NCBI GenBank assembly: GCA_963832165.1 | Contig: CAWHTE010000001.1 | Coordinates: forward strand, 736,001-800,000 | Direction: 5' to 3' | DNA from: an uncultured delta proteobacterium | Lineage (GTDB): Bacteria; Myxococcota_A; UBA9160; SMWR01 | DNA: 64,000 bases | The notes under the pieces: model-generated | What the model saw: only the letters and a program-made list of their open reading frames with translations | Told to the model about the DNA's origin: nothing | The model's database searches: none | Position numbers and translations under genes: made by a program | Shown here: piece by piece, positions 39,963 to 49,695 of the stretch | Numbering within the stretch: the first letter of the stretch is position 1 | Layout of the letters: every line of letters starts with the position of its first letter

Positions 39963-41258
39963 TCACCGTGCTCGCGTCAGCGTGTCTACCGCGAGCTGGG
40001 AGAGCGCCCGCACTCCGATCACGAGGGCGTTCTCGTCCACGAAGAAGCGCGGGGTGTGCGTGGGCGCGACATCGGCCGGGGCGACGCCGGGTGGATTGGT
40101 GCCGAGGAAGAAGAACACGCCGGGCACGCGCTCCTGGTAGAGGGCGAAGTCCTCGGCCGCGGTCCAGGGCAGCGGCTCGACCAGCTTTCCGGCCGCGGCG
40201 CGTTCGAGCGTCGGGCGCACGCGTCGGGTCAGGTCGGGATCGTTCCAGACGCTCGGGTTGCCCTCGTCGATCGTCACCTCGGCGGTCGCCCCGGCGCTCT
40301 GCGCGATCGCGGTGGCGGTGCGGCGCACGCGCTCGTGGAGCTCTGCGCGCACGCCCGGAGAGAGCGCGCGGATCGTGCCGAGCAGCTCGACCCGTTCGGG
40401 GATGATGTTGCCGCGGACTCCACCCGAGATCGCCCCGAACGAGACGACCGACGGAACGCGCGCGTCGACCTGACGCGCGGGCAGCGCCTCGAGCGCGAGC
40501 ACGATCTGGGACGCGACCGCAATCGGATCGATGCCGTCCCAGGGATAGGCCGCGTGCGTCGATCGCCCCAACACCGCGATCGCGAGTCGATCCGAGCTGG
40601 CCGTCGCCGCGCCGGACACGACTCCGATCTCGCCGAAGTTCCGCTGCGGATCCACGTGCAGCCCGAACACGAAGTCGGGTTTCGGGTCGTCGAACGCGCC
40701 CTCTTCGAGCATCAGGCTCGCGCCGCCGCGCTCGCCCGGCGGCGCCCCTTCTTCGGCGGGCTGGAACACGAACAGCACCTGTCCGGGCAGCCGTTCGCGC
40801 ATGCCGGCCAGCACCTCGGCGACGCCCAGCAGGATCGCGGTGTGGGCATCGTGGCCGCACGCATGCATCACGCCCACCTCGCGGCCCTGATAGGTCGTGC
40901 GCACGCGCGACGCGAAGGGCAGCCCGGTCTCCTCGGTGACGGGCAGCGCGTCCATGTCGGCGCGCAGCGCCACGACGGGTCGCTTCGCGGTACCGCGCAG
41001 CACCGCCACCACGCCCGTGTGCGCCACCTTCGTGCGCACCTCGAGACCGAGCTTGCGGAGCTGCTTCGCCACGAGTGCGGCCGTGCGCACCTCGCGATTG
41101 CCGAGCTCGGGGTGCGCGTGCACCTCGCGCCGCCACTCGATCACGCGCGGCTCGACGGCGCGCGCCGCGCGATCGACCGCGTCGCCGAGCTCTTCACCCG
41201 CGACGGCGGAGGCGGTCAGCGCCGCGATCGCAAACGCACTGAACCGGGTCGGCGCCAT
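39963..41258 (-). CDS. M20D amidohydrolase with a signal peptide
   Basis: HPELGNRE, RADMDALP, MHACGHDAH, FQPAEEG, AEDF. Confidence 0.9.
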   Translation of the reverse strand: MAPTRFSAFAIAALTASAVAGEELGDAVDRAARAVEPRVIEWRREVHAHPELGNREVRTAALVAKQLRKLGLEVRTKVAHTGVVAVLRGTAKRPVVALRADMDALPVTEETGLPFASRVRTTYQGREVGVMHACGHDAHTAILLGVAEVLAGMRERLPGQVLFVFQPAEEGAPPGERGGASLMLEEGAFDDPKPDFVFGLHVDPQRNFGEIGVVSGAATASSDRLAIAVLGRSTHAAYPWDGIDPIAVASQIVLALEALPARQVDARVPSVVSFGAISGGVRGNIIPERVELLGTIRALSPGVRAELHERVRRTATAIAQSAGATAEVTIDEGNPSVWNDPDLTRRVRPTLERAAAGKLVEPLPWTAAEDFALYQERVPGVFFFLGTNPPGVAPADVAPTHTPRFFVDENALVIGVRALSQLAVDTLTRAR

Positions 41259-41326
41259 GCACACCTCGGCCGCGCAGGGTATCGTCGCCACCGCGGCGTC
41301 GCCGCCGACGGCGAAGGAGAACGGGC

Positions 41327-42736
41327 GTGTTCGATCCGGTGCGCTGGCCGCGCGAGGCGTGGATTCCGCTCGCGAGCGGGATGGCGTGGAATACCGTCGC
41401 TGTCTCGGTCGGGCTGCCCTGGGGCGTGCTCGCGCTGCTGCCCGGCACGTTTCTGCTGAGCTCGGGGGCGGGCATGCTGCTCCATCCCGGCGACCGCCGC
41501 CTCACACACTTCGCCGCACTCGGCGCGGTGCTCGGCGTGCTGCTCGCTCCGTTCGCGCTCGCGTTCGCGGGAGCCATCGCGCTCGCACTCGCGGTCGCCT
41601 CGGCCGCCTCGTTCCTCGCGGCCGGCTACCACGCGCTGCGGCTCGACGTGCACCCCGAAGGCGTGCCCGAGCCGCTTCCGACCGCCCGCCTCGCGGCTGA
41701 GGTCGCGATCGACGAGGCGATGCTCGGCACGATGGTGTTCACGCAGCTCTTCCCTTCCGTCGAGGATCACCGGCGGATCGAGCGCGAGATCGCGGTGGCG
41801 CGCGAGCAGTTCGCGGATGCGGGATGGCTGGAGAAGCCCGAGGGCTACCACGTGTGCCCGACCGACGCCTGCGGAGGCGACATCGTGCGGCGCCGCACGC
41901 GCGGCTTCGACTACGAGCACCTGTCGTTCCGCAGCGAATACGAGCCGCGCGCCGGCGAGCCCGGGCGCGAGCGCTGGATCGGCTACGAGGCCAACCACAC
42001 CGCCCATGCCTGGATCGTGCGCGGCGACCCGGGTGCGCCGTGGCTCGTCTGCCTGCACGGCTACCGGATGGGACAACCGCTGATCGATCTCTCCGCGTTT
42101 CATCCGCACTGGCTGCACCGGCACCACGGCCTGAATCTGCTCGTTCCGGTGCTCCCGCTGCACGGGCCGCGCAGCATCGGGCGCCGCAGCGGCGACGGCT
42201 TCCTCGGCGGCGATCTGCTCGACACGATTCACGCCGAGGCCCAGGCGATGTGGGATCTGCGACGGCTGCTCGCGTGGGTCCGCTGCGAGAGCGATGCGCT
42301 GATCGGCGTGTACGGCCTCTCGCTCGGCGGCTACACCACGGCGCTGCTCGCATCGCTCGACGATCAGCTCGCGTGCGCGATCGCGGGTATTCCCGCGGTG
42401 GACTTCGCGCGCACGTTCTACCGGCATGGCGGGCCCTGGCAGGAGCGCGCCGCGCTGCACGCAGGCCTTTCGGAGGCGAAGATGGCGGAGGTTCTGCGCG
42501 TGATCTCGCCGCTCGCGCTCGAGCCGAAGGTGCCGCACGAGCACCGCGCGATCTTTGGCGGCGTCGCCGATCGGCTCGTGCCGCCCGACCAGGTGCGCGA
42601 CCTCTGGCGCCACTGGGGCGAGCCGCGCATCACGTGGTATCAGGGCTCGCATCTCACGCTGGGCATGCATCCGGGCGTGCGCGCGATCACCGACGAGACG
42701 CTGCGCGCTGCGCTCGGCCGCAGCGTCGCCGCTTAA
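41327..42736 (+). CDS. Alpha/beta hydrolase with N-terminal TM segments (Rv2627c-like)
   Basis: CLHGYRMG, LPLHGPR, GLSLGG, DRLVP, GSH. Confidence 0.75.
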   Translation: MFDPVRWPREAWIPLASGMAWNTVAVSVGLPWGVLALLPGTFLLSSGAGMLLHPGDRRLTHFAALGAVLGVLLAPFALAFAGAIALALAVASAASFLAAGYHALRLDVHPEGVPEPLPTARLAAEVAIDEAMLGTMVFTQLFPSVEDHRRIEREIAVAREQFADAGWLEKPEGYHVCPTDACGGDIVRRRTRGFDYEHLSFRSEYEPRAGEPGRERWIGYEANHTAHAWIVRGDPGAPWLVCLHGYRMGQPLIDLSAFHPHWLHRHHGLNLLVPVLPLHGPRSIGRRSGDGFLGGDLLDTIHAEAQAMWDLRRLLAWVRCESDALIGVYGLSLGGYTTALLASLDDQLACAIAGIPAVDFARTFYRHGGPWQERAALHAGLSEAKMAEVLRVISPLALEPKVPHEHRAIFGGVADRLVPPDQVRDLWRHWGEPRITWYQGSHLTLGMHPGVRAITDETLRAALGRSVAA

Positions 42737-44106
42737 CGCCGTTCGAGCGCCGCGCGGATCTCCGCGTGGCGCGCGCGCGTTAGCTGGTAGCCGTGCGCGA
42801 CGTACGCGGCCAGCAGCAGGAACGCGGCAGGCACCACCGAGGAGAGCCAGCGCGTCGCGGTGAGCGTGGCCTCGTTCGCGGGCTGATCGTGCTCGTAGCC
42901 GAGCACCCCGAGCAACGTGAGCGCGAGCCACACCGCGACTGCGCCGGCGAGCTTGCGCACGAACATGAACAGACCGTAGTAGGTCCCCTCGCGGCGCTCG
43001 CCGGTCTCGAGGTCGTCCTCGTCGACCACCTCGCCGAGCATCGACCACGGCATCAGGTCCATCACCGCGTACCCGATCGCACCCGAGAGGGCGAGTCCGA
43101 TCACGAGCCAGCGCGGCCAGTCCGGCTGCACGAACAGGATCACGGTCAGCGCCGCCGCCCACCACACCGCGCCGATCACGAACACGGTCGCCTTCTCCAT
43201 GTGCCCGGCGAGGCGGACCCAGACGGGCAGCGACGCGAGCACCAGAAGGAAGAACATTCCCATCGTGGGCTCGAAGTCGTCGCTGCGCCCGAGCCAGAGC
43301 GTGAAGTAGAGGATCAGCATCGCAGCGACGAGATCCATCGCGACGCGGCCGCACAGGAACAGCCCCACGAGCCGGCGAAAGTTTGCGTGACGCGCGGCGA
43401 GCCGGACCCCCTCGAAGAACGGGACGTGTCCCTCGCGCGCCTGGAAGTCGGGCCGTTCCCAGGTGACGGCCCAGATCGCGAACCAGGGCGCGGCAATGAT
43501 CGCGCCATAGAGCACGCCCGCGGCCAGGAAGCCCTCGGGCCCGCCGCCAAATGCGTTGGCGACCGGTCGGATCGCGATCGCCGCGAACACGCCGATGATC
43601 GACCCCATGTTGCGCCACGCGTTCAGCGAGGTGCGCGCGTCGTAGCCGAGCGCCATCTCGGGCTGCAAGGCGAGGTAGGGCACCGCGACGATCGTCATCG
43701 AGAGCGACGTCAGTACGAAGACCGTCGTGTAGTAGGCGAACATCGCGAGCTGCGATGTCTCGGGCAGGGGCAGCCACAGCAGCGCGAATCCCACGCCGAA
43801 CGGGATCGCGCCGAGCAGGAAGAACGGGCGCCGTCTCCCCCAGCGCCACCGACAGCGGTCCGAGATCCGCCCCATTGCGGGATCCGCGAACGCATCGATG
43901 GCGCGGCCGATCAGCTGCACCGCCCCCGCGAGCTCCGGGCGCAGCCCCACGACCACGAGCAGGTAGTGCGTGAAGTACAGCAGCGCGAGCGACGTGAGCA
44001 CCGTGTTGACGGTGAAGTCGCCGAGCGCGAACACCGCCTTGCGCGCCGGAACGAGGCGAGGATCCTCGACCGGCGCGCGCGGCGGTTGCGGAGCGGGAGC
44101 GGCGAT
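42733..44106 (-). CDS. MFS transporter (GPH/MelB family); start uncertain (44034 GTG or a non-canonical start upstream)
   Basis: DAFADPAMGRISD...WGRRRPF, VPYLAL, RREGTYYG. Confidence 0.85.
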   Translation of the reverse strand: MAAPAPQPPRAPVEDPRLVPARKAVFALGDFTVNTVLTSLALLYFTHYLLVVVGLRPELAGAVQLIGRAIDAFADPAMGRISDRCRWRWGRRRPFFLLGAIPFGVGFALLWLPLPETSQLAMFAYYTTVFVLTSLSMTIVAVPYLALQPEMALGYDARTSLNAWRNMGSIIGVFAAIAIRPVANAFGGGPEGFLAAGVLYGAIIAAPWFAIWAVTWERPDFQAREGHVPFFEGVRLAARHANFRRLVGLFLCGRVAMDLVAAMLILYFTLWLGRSDDFEPTMGMFFLLVLASLPVWVRLAGHMEKATVFVIGAVWWAAALTVILFVQPDWPRWLVIGLALSGAIGYAVMDLMPWSMLGEVVDEDDLETGERREGTYYGLFMFVRKLAGAVAVWLALTLLGVLGYEHDQPANEATLTATRWLSSVVPAAFLLLAAYVAHGYQLTRARHAEIRAALERR

Positions 44107-44109
44107 GGC

Positions 44110-45303
44110 CTAGAAGCCCTTGCGATAGGCCGTCACGACCGCGGCGCCGCCGAGGCCCAGGTTGTGCTGCAGCGCGATCTTCGCGCCCGCCACCTGGCGC
44201 TTCTGGGCTTCGCCGCGCAGCTGCCAGTTGAGCTCTGCGCACTGCGCGAGGCCGGTCGCGCCGAGCGGATGGCCCTTCGAGATCAGGCCGCCCGACGGGT
44301 TCACCACGACCTGGCCGCCGTAGGTCTGCGCGCCCGAGTCGACGAACTCGCCCGCCTTGCCCTCCGGGCACAGACCGAGCGCCTCGTAGGTGATCAGCTC
44401 GTTCGCGGCGAAGCAGTCGTGCAGCTCGACGACGTCGATGTTCTCGGGGCCGACGCCCGCCTGCTCGTAGACCTTGCGCGCGGCCTGCTTGGTCATGTCG
44501 TAGCCGACCAGCTTCATCGAGCTCTTCTCAGCGAACGTCTCGTTCGTGTCGGTGGTCATCGCCATGCCGATGATCTCGACCGCCTTCGCCTCGAGCCCGT
44601 GCTCGCGCACGAAGCGCTCGCTCGCGAGGATCGCCGCGCCGGCGCCGTCCGACGTGGGGCAGCACTGCAGCTTGGTCAGCGGATCGAACACCATCGGTGC
44701 GTTCTTGATGTCTTCGAGGCTGTACTCGTCCTGGAACTGCGAGTACGGGTTGTTGACCGAGTGCTTGTGGTTCTTCCAGCCGATCTTCGCGAAGTGATCG
44801 GGCGTGGTGCCGTAGCGCTCCATGTGCTCGCGGCCGGCGTTGCCGAAGAACTGCGCCGCCGCGGGCGACTTCGCTGCGAACCCGCGCTTCTCGATCATCG
44901 CCTTCGCGTGCTTGTCCATCGGGTTGGTGCGATCGGTGAATTTGACCCCGAGCGACCCCTTTTCCATCTTCTCGAAGCCGAGTGCGAGCACGCAGTCCGC
45001 GATGCCCGACTGGACGAATTGCTTGGCCATGAACAGCGCGGTCGAGCCGGTCGCGCAGTTGTTGTTCACGTTGTAGATCGGGATGCCGGTGAGCCCGAGC
45101 GTGTACACGGCGCGTTGGCCGCAGGTCGAGTCGCCGTAGCAGTAGCCGACGGCGGCCTGCTCGATCTGGTCGAACGAGATCCCCGCGTCGGCGAGCGCCT
45201 TCGTGCCCGCCTCCTGCGCCATGTCCGGGTAGTCCCATTCCTTGGAGCCGGGCTTCTCGAACTTGGTCATGCCGACGCCGACGACGTACACCTTCTGGCT
45301 CAT
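44110..45303 (-). CDS. SCP2-type thiolase / lipid-transfer protein
   Basis: [51 protein letters not shown]. Confidence 0.92.
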   Translation of the reverse strand: MSQKVYVVGVGMTKFEKPGSKEWDYPDMAQEAGTKALADAGISFDQIEQAAVGYCYGDSTCGQRAVYTLGLTGIPIYNVNNNCATGSTALFMAKQFVQSGIADCVLALGFEKMEKGSLGVKFTDRTNPMDKHAKAMIEKRGFAAKSPAAAQFFGNAGREHMERYGTTPDHFAKIGWKNHKHSVNNPYSQFQDEYSLEDIKNAPMVFDPLTKLQCCPTSDGAGAAILASERFVREHGLEAKAVEIIGMAMTTDTNETFAEKSSMKLVGYDMTKQAARKVYEQAGVGPENIDVVELHDCFAANELITYEALGLCPEGKAGEFVDSGAQTYGGQVVVNPSGGLISKGHPLGATGLAQCAELNWQLRGEAQKRQVAGAKIALQHNLGLGGAAVVTAYRKGF

Positions 45304-45433
45304 GGGGGGGCCTCCGAGATGCAGCTACGGGCCGGTGCGGTCCCGAGCGCGGTGGGTTGGGGTGTGAAAGGGGAGCCGGAGGTCGCGGCTGCGACTCGCG
45401 GCGGGCGGAAGCTAGCCCAAGGGGTGTGTTGCT

Positions 45434-46246
45434 TCACATCCGGAAGTGACGCCGGATCAGGCGCAGGCCGAGCCGCTCCGGCAGCCAGCGCTGCGCGAAC
45501 GATACGAGCCTGGCATCCCGACCCACCGCGTAGCGGATGCGCGGATTCCGCGCGCGCAGCGCGCGCAGGACCGCGTGCGCGACGAGCTCGGGGCCGGGCG
45601 CGCTCGCGAGCGAGCGCTCGACCACCTCGCGACAGCGCGCGACGCGCTCGCCATAGCTCGAATCTCTAACTAGATCGAAGTCGGTCGCCTCGTTGAACGG
45701 AGTCCGGATGTCACCGGGCTCGATCAGCGATACGCGGACGCCGGTTCCGATCAGCTCGTTGTGCAGCGCGCGCGCGAGCGCGTCGAGAGCTGCTTTGCTC
45801 GCCGAATAATGAGCCTGGAACGGGATCGGCGCGCGGCCCGCGAGCGAGCCCACGATCACCACGCGCGCAGACTCGGCTCTGCGCAGCGTGGGCAGCGCGG
45901 CGCGCAGCACGCGCAGCGTGCCGAACCAGTTCGTCTCGAACTGCTCGTGCGCGTCGCGCAGCGGAACCTCTTCGACGCTGCCGAAGATCCCGTAGCCCGC
46001 GTTACATACGACTGCGTCGAGGCCACCATTTCGATCGATGGCACTCTGCACGCCCTTCGTCACGGAGTCGTCGTCGCGCACATCCATCGCGACCCACGCG
46101 ATGTGGGGTGCGCGCTGCGCCGCAGTTGCCGGATCGCGCGAGGTCCCCACGACCTGGAAGCCGGCTCGCGCGAGCAGGTCGCTCGCGGCGGCGCCGATGC
46201 CCGACGAGGCGCCCGTGATCAGCACGGACGGTCCGATCGGCCTCAT
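45434..46246 (-). CDS. SDR family oxidoreductase
   Basis: TGASSGIG, NAGYG, YSASK, IEPGDIRT. Confidence 0.9.
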   Translation of the reverse strand: MRPIGPSVLITGASSGIGAAASDLLARAGFQVVGTSRDPATAAQRAPHIAWVAMDVRDDDSVTKGVQSAIDRNGGLDAVVCNAGYGIFGSVEEVPLRDAHEQFETNWFGTLRVLRAALPTLRRAESARVVIVGSLAGRAPIPFQAHYSASKAALDALARALHNELIGTGVRVSLIEPGDIRTPFNEATDFDLVRDSSYGERVARCREVVERSLASAPGPELVAHAVLRALRARNPRIRYAVGRDARLVSFAQRWLPERLGLRLIRRHFRM

Positions 46247-46377
46247 CTACTTTCGCCCGTCATTTGCCTGTTTTCTGACATTTCGGGCCATTTGTACTCG
46301 TTCAGACACAGAATAATTCGGAAACCTTAAAATTTTTCCACCTGAAAGGTAGTCAGATCCCTTCCGTTCCGCTTATA

Positions 46378-46896
46378 ATGCTCCCCGCTGTACCGACTGA
46401 TCTGGAGGCTCTTGTGAGCGCAAACGCAACACCCGTTATCCAAACCCACCGACCCGAGGCGCCTCAGCAAGCGGGCGACTTCCGAGATGGCATTCGGCTC
46501 CTGGCGCGTCTCGCGCGTGTCGCGGAGCAGACCTGCCAGTCCACGGGCATTAGCCTGCCGCAGTACCGGCTTCTCGTCTCTGCCGCCGAAGGGCCGCAGC
46601 GCGCGAGCGAGCTCGCCGCCGCAGTCGGAGTGAGCCGGCCTACGCTCACTTCGCTCGTCGACGGTCTCGAGCAGGCCGGGCTCGTCAAGCGGGTTCCGGT
46701 GGCGAGCGATCGCCGCGGGATCCAGCTCGAGCTGACCCCGGCCGGCCGCGAAGCCACCTTCCGCGCCGAGCGCGCGCTCAGCGTGCGTCTGATGACGCTG
46801 CTGAACGGCGAGGCGGGCACTGTGGTTCCGCTCGTGGGCGGTGTCGTCTCCGACATCCGCGCCGCGCTGGACCGCGAGGGTCGCGAGACTCGCTGA
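46378..46896 (+). CDS. MarR family regulator
   Basis: ISLPQYRLL, VSRPTLTSLVDGLE, DRRG...LTPAG; divergent from the SDR across an AT-rich gap; start could be GTG 46414. Confidence 0.85.
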   Translation: MLPAVPTDLEALVSANATPVIQTHRPEAPQQAGDFRDGIRLLARLARVAEQTCQSTGISLPQYRLLVSAAEGPQRASELAAAVGVSRPTLTSLVDGLEQAGLVKRVPVASDRRGIQLELTPAGREATFRAERALSVRLMTLLNGEAGTVVPLVGGVVSDIRAALDREGRETR

Positions 46897-46935
46897 TCGG
46901 TTCCTCCCCGCGCACGCTGCTAGCGTGCGCGGGGT

Positions 46936-47682
46936 TTGGCGCCGATCGAAGTCATCGACACTGCCTTTCCGGGGCGCGCCGCGTTCGATGTGGCGGTGTC
47001 ACGCGCACTGCTGCGCGAGATTGCGACCGGGAAGCGGCCCGAGACGCTGCGGCTCTATCGTCCCGACGACGTCGTCGCGTTCTCGACCACCGACCTGCGC
47101 TGCGCCGGATTCCCGCGCGCATTGGAAGCCGCGCGCGCCGCGCGATTCGATGCCGCAGTGCGGCTCGCGGGCGGCTCTGCGGCGCTCTTCCACACCGAGA
47201 CGATCGCGTTCGCGTGGTGTGCGCCGGAGGCCGACGAGCGCACGGGCATCCGCGCGCGCTTTGCGCGCACGTCCGACTGGGTGATGCGCGCGCTGCGCCG
47301 GATCGGCGTCGACGCGCGCGTGGGCGAGGTGCCGCAGACCTACTGTCCGGGCGACTGGAGCGTCAATGCGCGCGGCGTGCGCAAGCTGATGGGCGTCGGT
47401 CAGCGGATCATTCGCGGAGCGGTGCACACGGGCGGCGTGATCGTCGTCGGCGACAGCGATCGGCTGCGCGCGGTGCTCGCTCCCGTGTACGCAGCGCTCG
47501 GCTACCCGTTCGATCCCGAGAGCGCGGGCGCGATCGAAGACGAGGTGGGCCCGGTGACGTTCGACGCCGTGCGCGACGCGCTGCTCGCGGAGCTCGCGAG
47601 CGATCGCGAGCTGCGCGCGGGCACGCTCGACGCGGCCGTGCTCGAGCACGCGCAGCGGTTCGAGGCGTCGCACCGGCTTTGA
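46936..47682 (+). CDS. Lipoate-protein ligase (LplA/LipB) family protein
   Basis: TLRLYRP, RLAGG, YCPGDWSV, RKLMGVGQR. Confidence 0.75.
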   Translation: MAPIEVIDTAFPGRAAFDVAVSRALLREIATGKRPETLRLYRPDDVVAFSTTDLRCAGFPRALEAARAARFDAAVRLAGGSAALFHTETIAFAWCAPEADERTGIRARFARTSDWVMRALRRIGVDARVGEVPQTYCPGDWSVNARGVRKLMGVGQRIIRGAVHTGGVIVVGDSDRLRAVLAPVYAALGYPFDPESAGAIEDEVGPVTFDAVRDALLAELASDRELRAGTLDAAVLEHAQRFEASHRL

Positions 47683-47683
47683 T

Positions 47684-47753
47684 GGCGGGATCGCTTCGCT
47701 CTCCCGCCCTACGCGTTCTCGTAGGGCGGGAGGAGCCGAAGGCGGATCCCGCC
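47684..47753. repeat. Head-to-head GTAG-REP dimer between convergent genes
   Basis: Reverse copy at 47684-47712 (...TCCCGCCCTAC), an 8-nt spacer, then a forward copy at 47721-47753. Confidence 0.85.
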
Positions 47754-47763
47754 TTCCGCGTTC

Positions 47764-48726
47764 TTACCGCAGTGCTCCGGTCCGCCACGCGCGGATCAGC
47801 ACGGGCCATCCGAACAGCCACGGGTGCCGGCGCTGGCGCTCGCTCGCTTCGAGCCGGACGCCGGAGTGGCGCTCGACCTTCCAGAGCGCGTAGGGAACCC
47901 AGTCGCCGAACGTGACGGCGGTCTTCGCGAGCTGGAGCAGCCCGATCCACTTCGCGGCCGCACTGCGACCGCTCTCGCGCGGGAGAGGCGTCCGCACGCG
48001 CAGCGCGCCATCGGCGCCGTGTTCGATCGCTCCGCTCTCGAGCAGCGCTGCGAGCGCTTCGGCGAACCGCGCATCGAATCGCTCGCGCTGGTCGTCGTAG
48101 ATCGCGTCGCTCGCGCCTTCGCGCTCGGGGCGCAGCTCGGCGGCGTAGCTTTCGCGGAAGATCTCGCGCCAGAGCGCGCCCGTGTCTTCGGGGTGCCAGC
48201 CGTGCCGGTGCGCCGCGAGCCCCACGCGCAGCGCGGTACAGACGGCATCCGCACACGCCTCCGCGAGCGCATCGCGCGCTGCTGCGTCGCGCACGAACGC
48301 GGCGCCGATCGGCTGCGCGAAGCGTGCCCAGATCCCGCCGCGGTGCGTCTCGCCGCGGCACGCCAGCGCGAGGTCGGCCTTCGAGACGACCGCGTATTTC
48401 GCGCCGAGCCGTGCGCTGCCCGTGCCGAGCTCGATGTAGAACACGTTGGGCGGCAGCAACGCGTTGGCGACCGCGAGTGCGCGCGATCGATACGCCGAGC
48501 GGTAGTCGTCCACGATCGCGTAGAAGTCGTGCACGCCCTCGCTTGTGGCGCGCCGCAGGCAGGAGCCGTAGAACGCGATCGAGGACACCGCAGATCCGTG
48601 GCGCGCGCCGATCTCGCGCGCGAGCGCGGTGGCGTCGGCCGAGATCGGCGCGGAGAGCTCGCGGACCAGGCTCGCGATCAGGCGCGCGCGCGCGTTGCTC
48701 GCGGTGTTCGTCGCGGTGCGCTCCAA
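47764..48726 (-). CDS. Nucleotidyltransferase-fold protein (CpgA/Tam41-like)
   Basis: FYGSCLR...DFY, LPPNVFY, AKYAV, WARFAQP, YAAELRPE, WKVERHSG. Confidence 0.6.
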   Translation of the reverse strand: MERTATNTASNARARLIASLVRELSAPISADATALAREIGARHGSAVSSIAFYGSCLRRATSEGVHDFYAIVDDYRSAYRSRALAVANALLPPNVFYIELGTGSARLGAKYAVVSKADLALACRGETHRGGIWARFAQPIGAAFVRDAAARDALAEACADAVCTALRVGLAAHRHGWHPEDTGALWREIFRESYAAELRPEREGASDAIYDDQRERFDARFAEALAALLESGAIEHGADGALRVRTPLPRESGRSAAAKWIGLLQLAKTAVTFGDWVPYALWKVERHSGVRLEASERQRRHPWLFGWPVLIRAWRTGALR

Positions 48727-48735
48727 ATCGCGACC

Positions 48736-49692
48736 TCAGGCGCGCAGGAAGCGGATCCGGCGGTCGGCACTCAGCTCGATCCGCTCCTCGGGCTCCGGAT
48801 CGAACAGCTCCCCGTCCACGGTGAAGCCACAGCTGATCTGGAGCTCGGCGCGTTCGACCCGTTCGCTCACATAGCCGCGCTCGGGTGTGACCCAGCGCGG
48901 TGGCCGGCCGGCCAGGATTCCGGGCGCCGCGAATCCCATCCACCGCGCGCGGCTCGCCATCCCCGTGATCCGCACACCGCCCGGGCCCGTGCCCCAGAAT
49001 GGATTGATGCGCAGGAACAGCCGCTCGAGCGTGGACGAGATCAGCAGGTACAGCTCGGCGTCGACGAGGTCGCGCCCATCCACGCGCACCTGACACTTGT
49101 CGGGCGTGAGGATCCCCGAGGTCGGACGAAACGCGACCTTGGTCACGAGCGCACCCGTCACGACCCCCGCGCCGAACAGTCCTTGGCTGCGCCCGGGCGG
49201 AAACACGCGGTGCACGAGGCTGATCGCGCGGTAGATCAGTCCGGCGCCGAAGACCATCCCGTACTGGTCGGCAGCGCGCAGCGACGAGCGCACGCGCAGC
49301 ACCGGGCGCGCGACGGCGAGCCGGTCGAGTCGGCCTGCGTCGGCCGCTTCGAGCAGGCGCGCGAGGCCGCGCGCGGGATTGCGGTCGGCGCCGAGGTCGG
49401 TCGAGATCGAGTTCGTGCGGCCGCCGCGCAGCGGCGCCACCGCGGGCAGGGCGACACGGTTCGGGTCGCGCAGCAGCTCGGAGAGCGCGAGTTGAACCGT
49501 GCCATCGCCTCCGTTGAGCACGAGCACGTCGATCGCGCTGCGCTCGAGCTCGGCGAGCGCCGGGACGAGATCGCTCGCGGTCGTGGTCTCCACCCGGAAG
49601 ACGTCGGGGCGCCCGCGCAGGACCTCCGCGACGCGCTGCGCGTCCCGCCCTCGGCGCCCGGCTCGCAGGTTGTTCAGGACGCCTATCCGCAC
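48736..49692 (-). CDS. Diacylglycerol/ceramide kinase family protein (CpgB-like)
   Basis: NGGDGTVQ, LRGGRTN, FTVDGE. Confidence 0.8.
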   Translation of the reverse strand: MRIGVLNNLRAGRRGRDAQRVAEVLRGRPDVFRVETTTASDLVPALAELERSAIDVLVLNGGDGTVQLALSELLRDPNRVALPAVAPLRGGRTNSISTDLGADRNPARGLARLLEAADAGRLDRLAVARPVLRVRSSLRAADQYGMVFGAGLIYRAISLVHRVFPPGRSQGLFGAGVVTGALVTKVAFRPTSGILTPDKCQVRVDGRDLVDAELYLLISSTLERLFLRINPFWGTGPGGVRITGMASRARWMGFAAPGILAGRPPRWVTPERGYVSERVERAELQISCGFTVDGELFDPEPEERIELSADRRIRFLRA

Positions 49693-49695
49693 CGA

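Noticed and set aside
46247..46377. AT-rich gap between the SDR and marR as an sRNA or defined operator
   Set aside because: It is probably a divergent promoter region, but I found no convincing long palindrome or RNA structure
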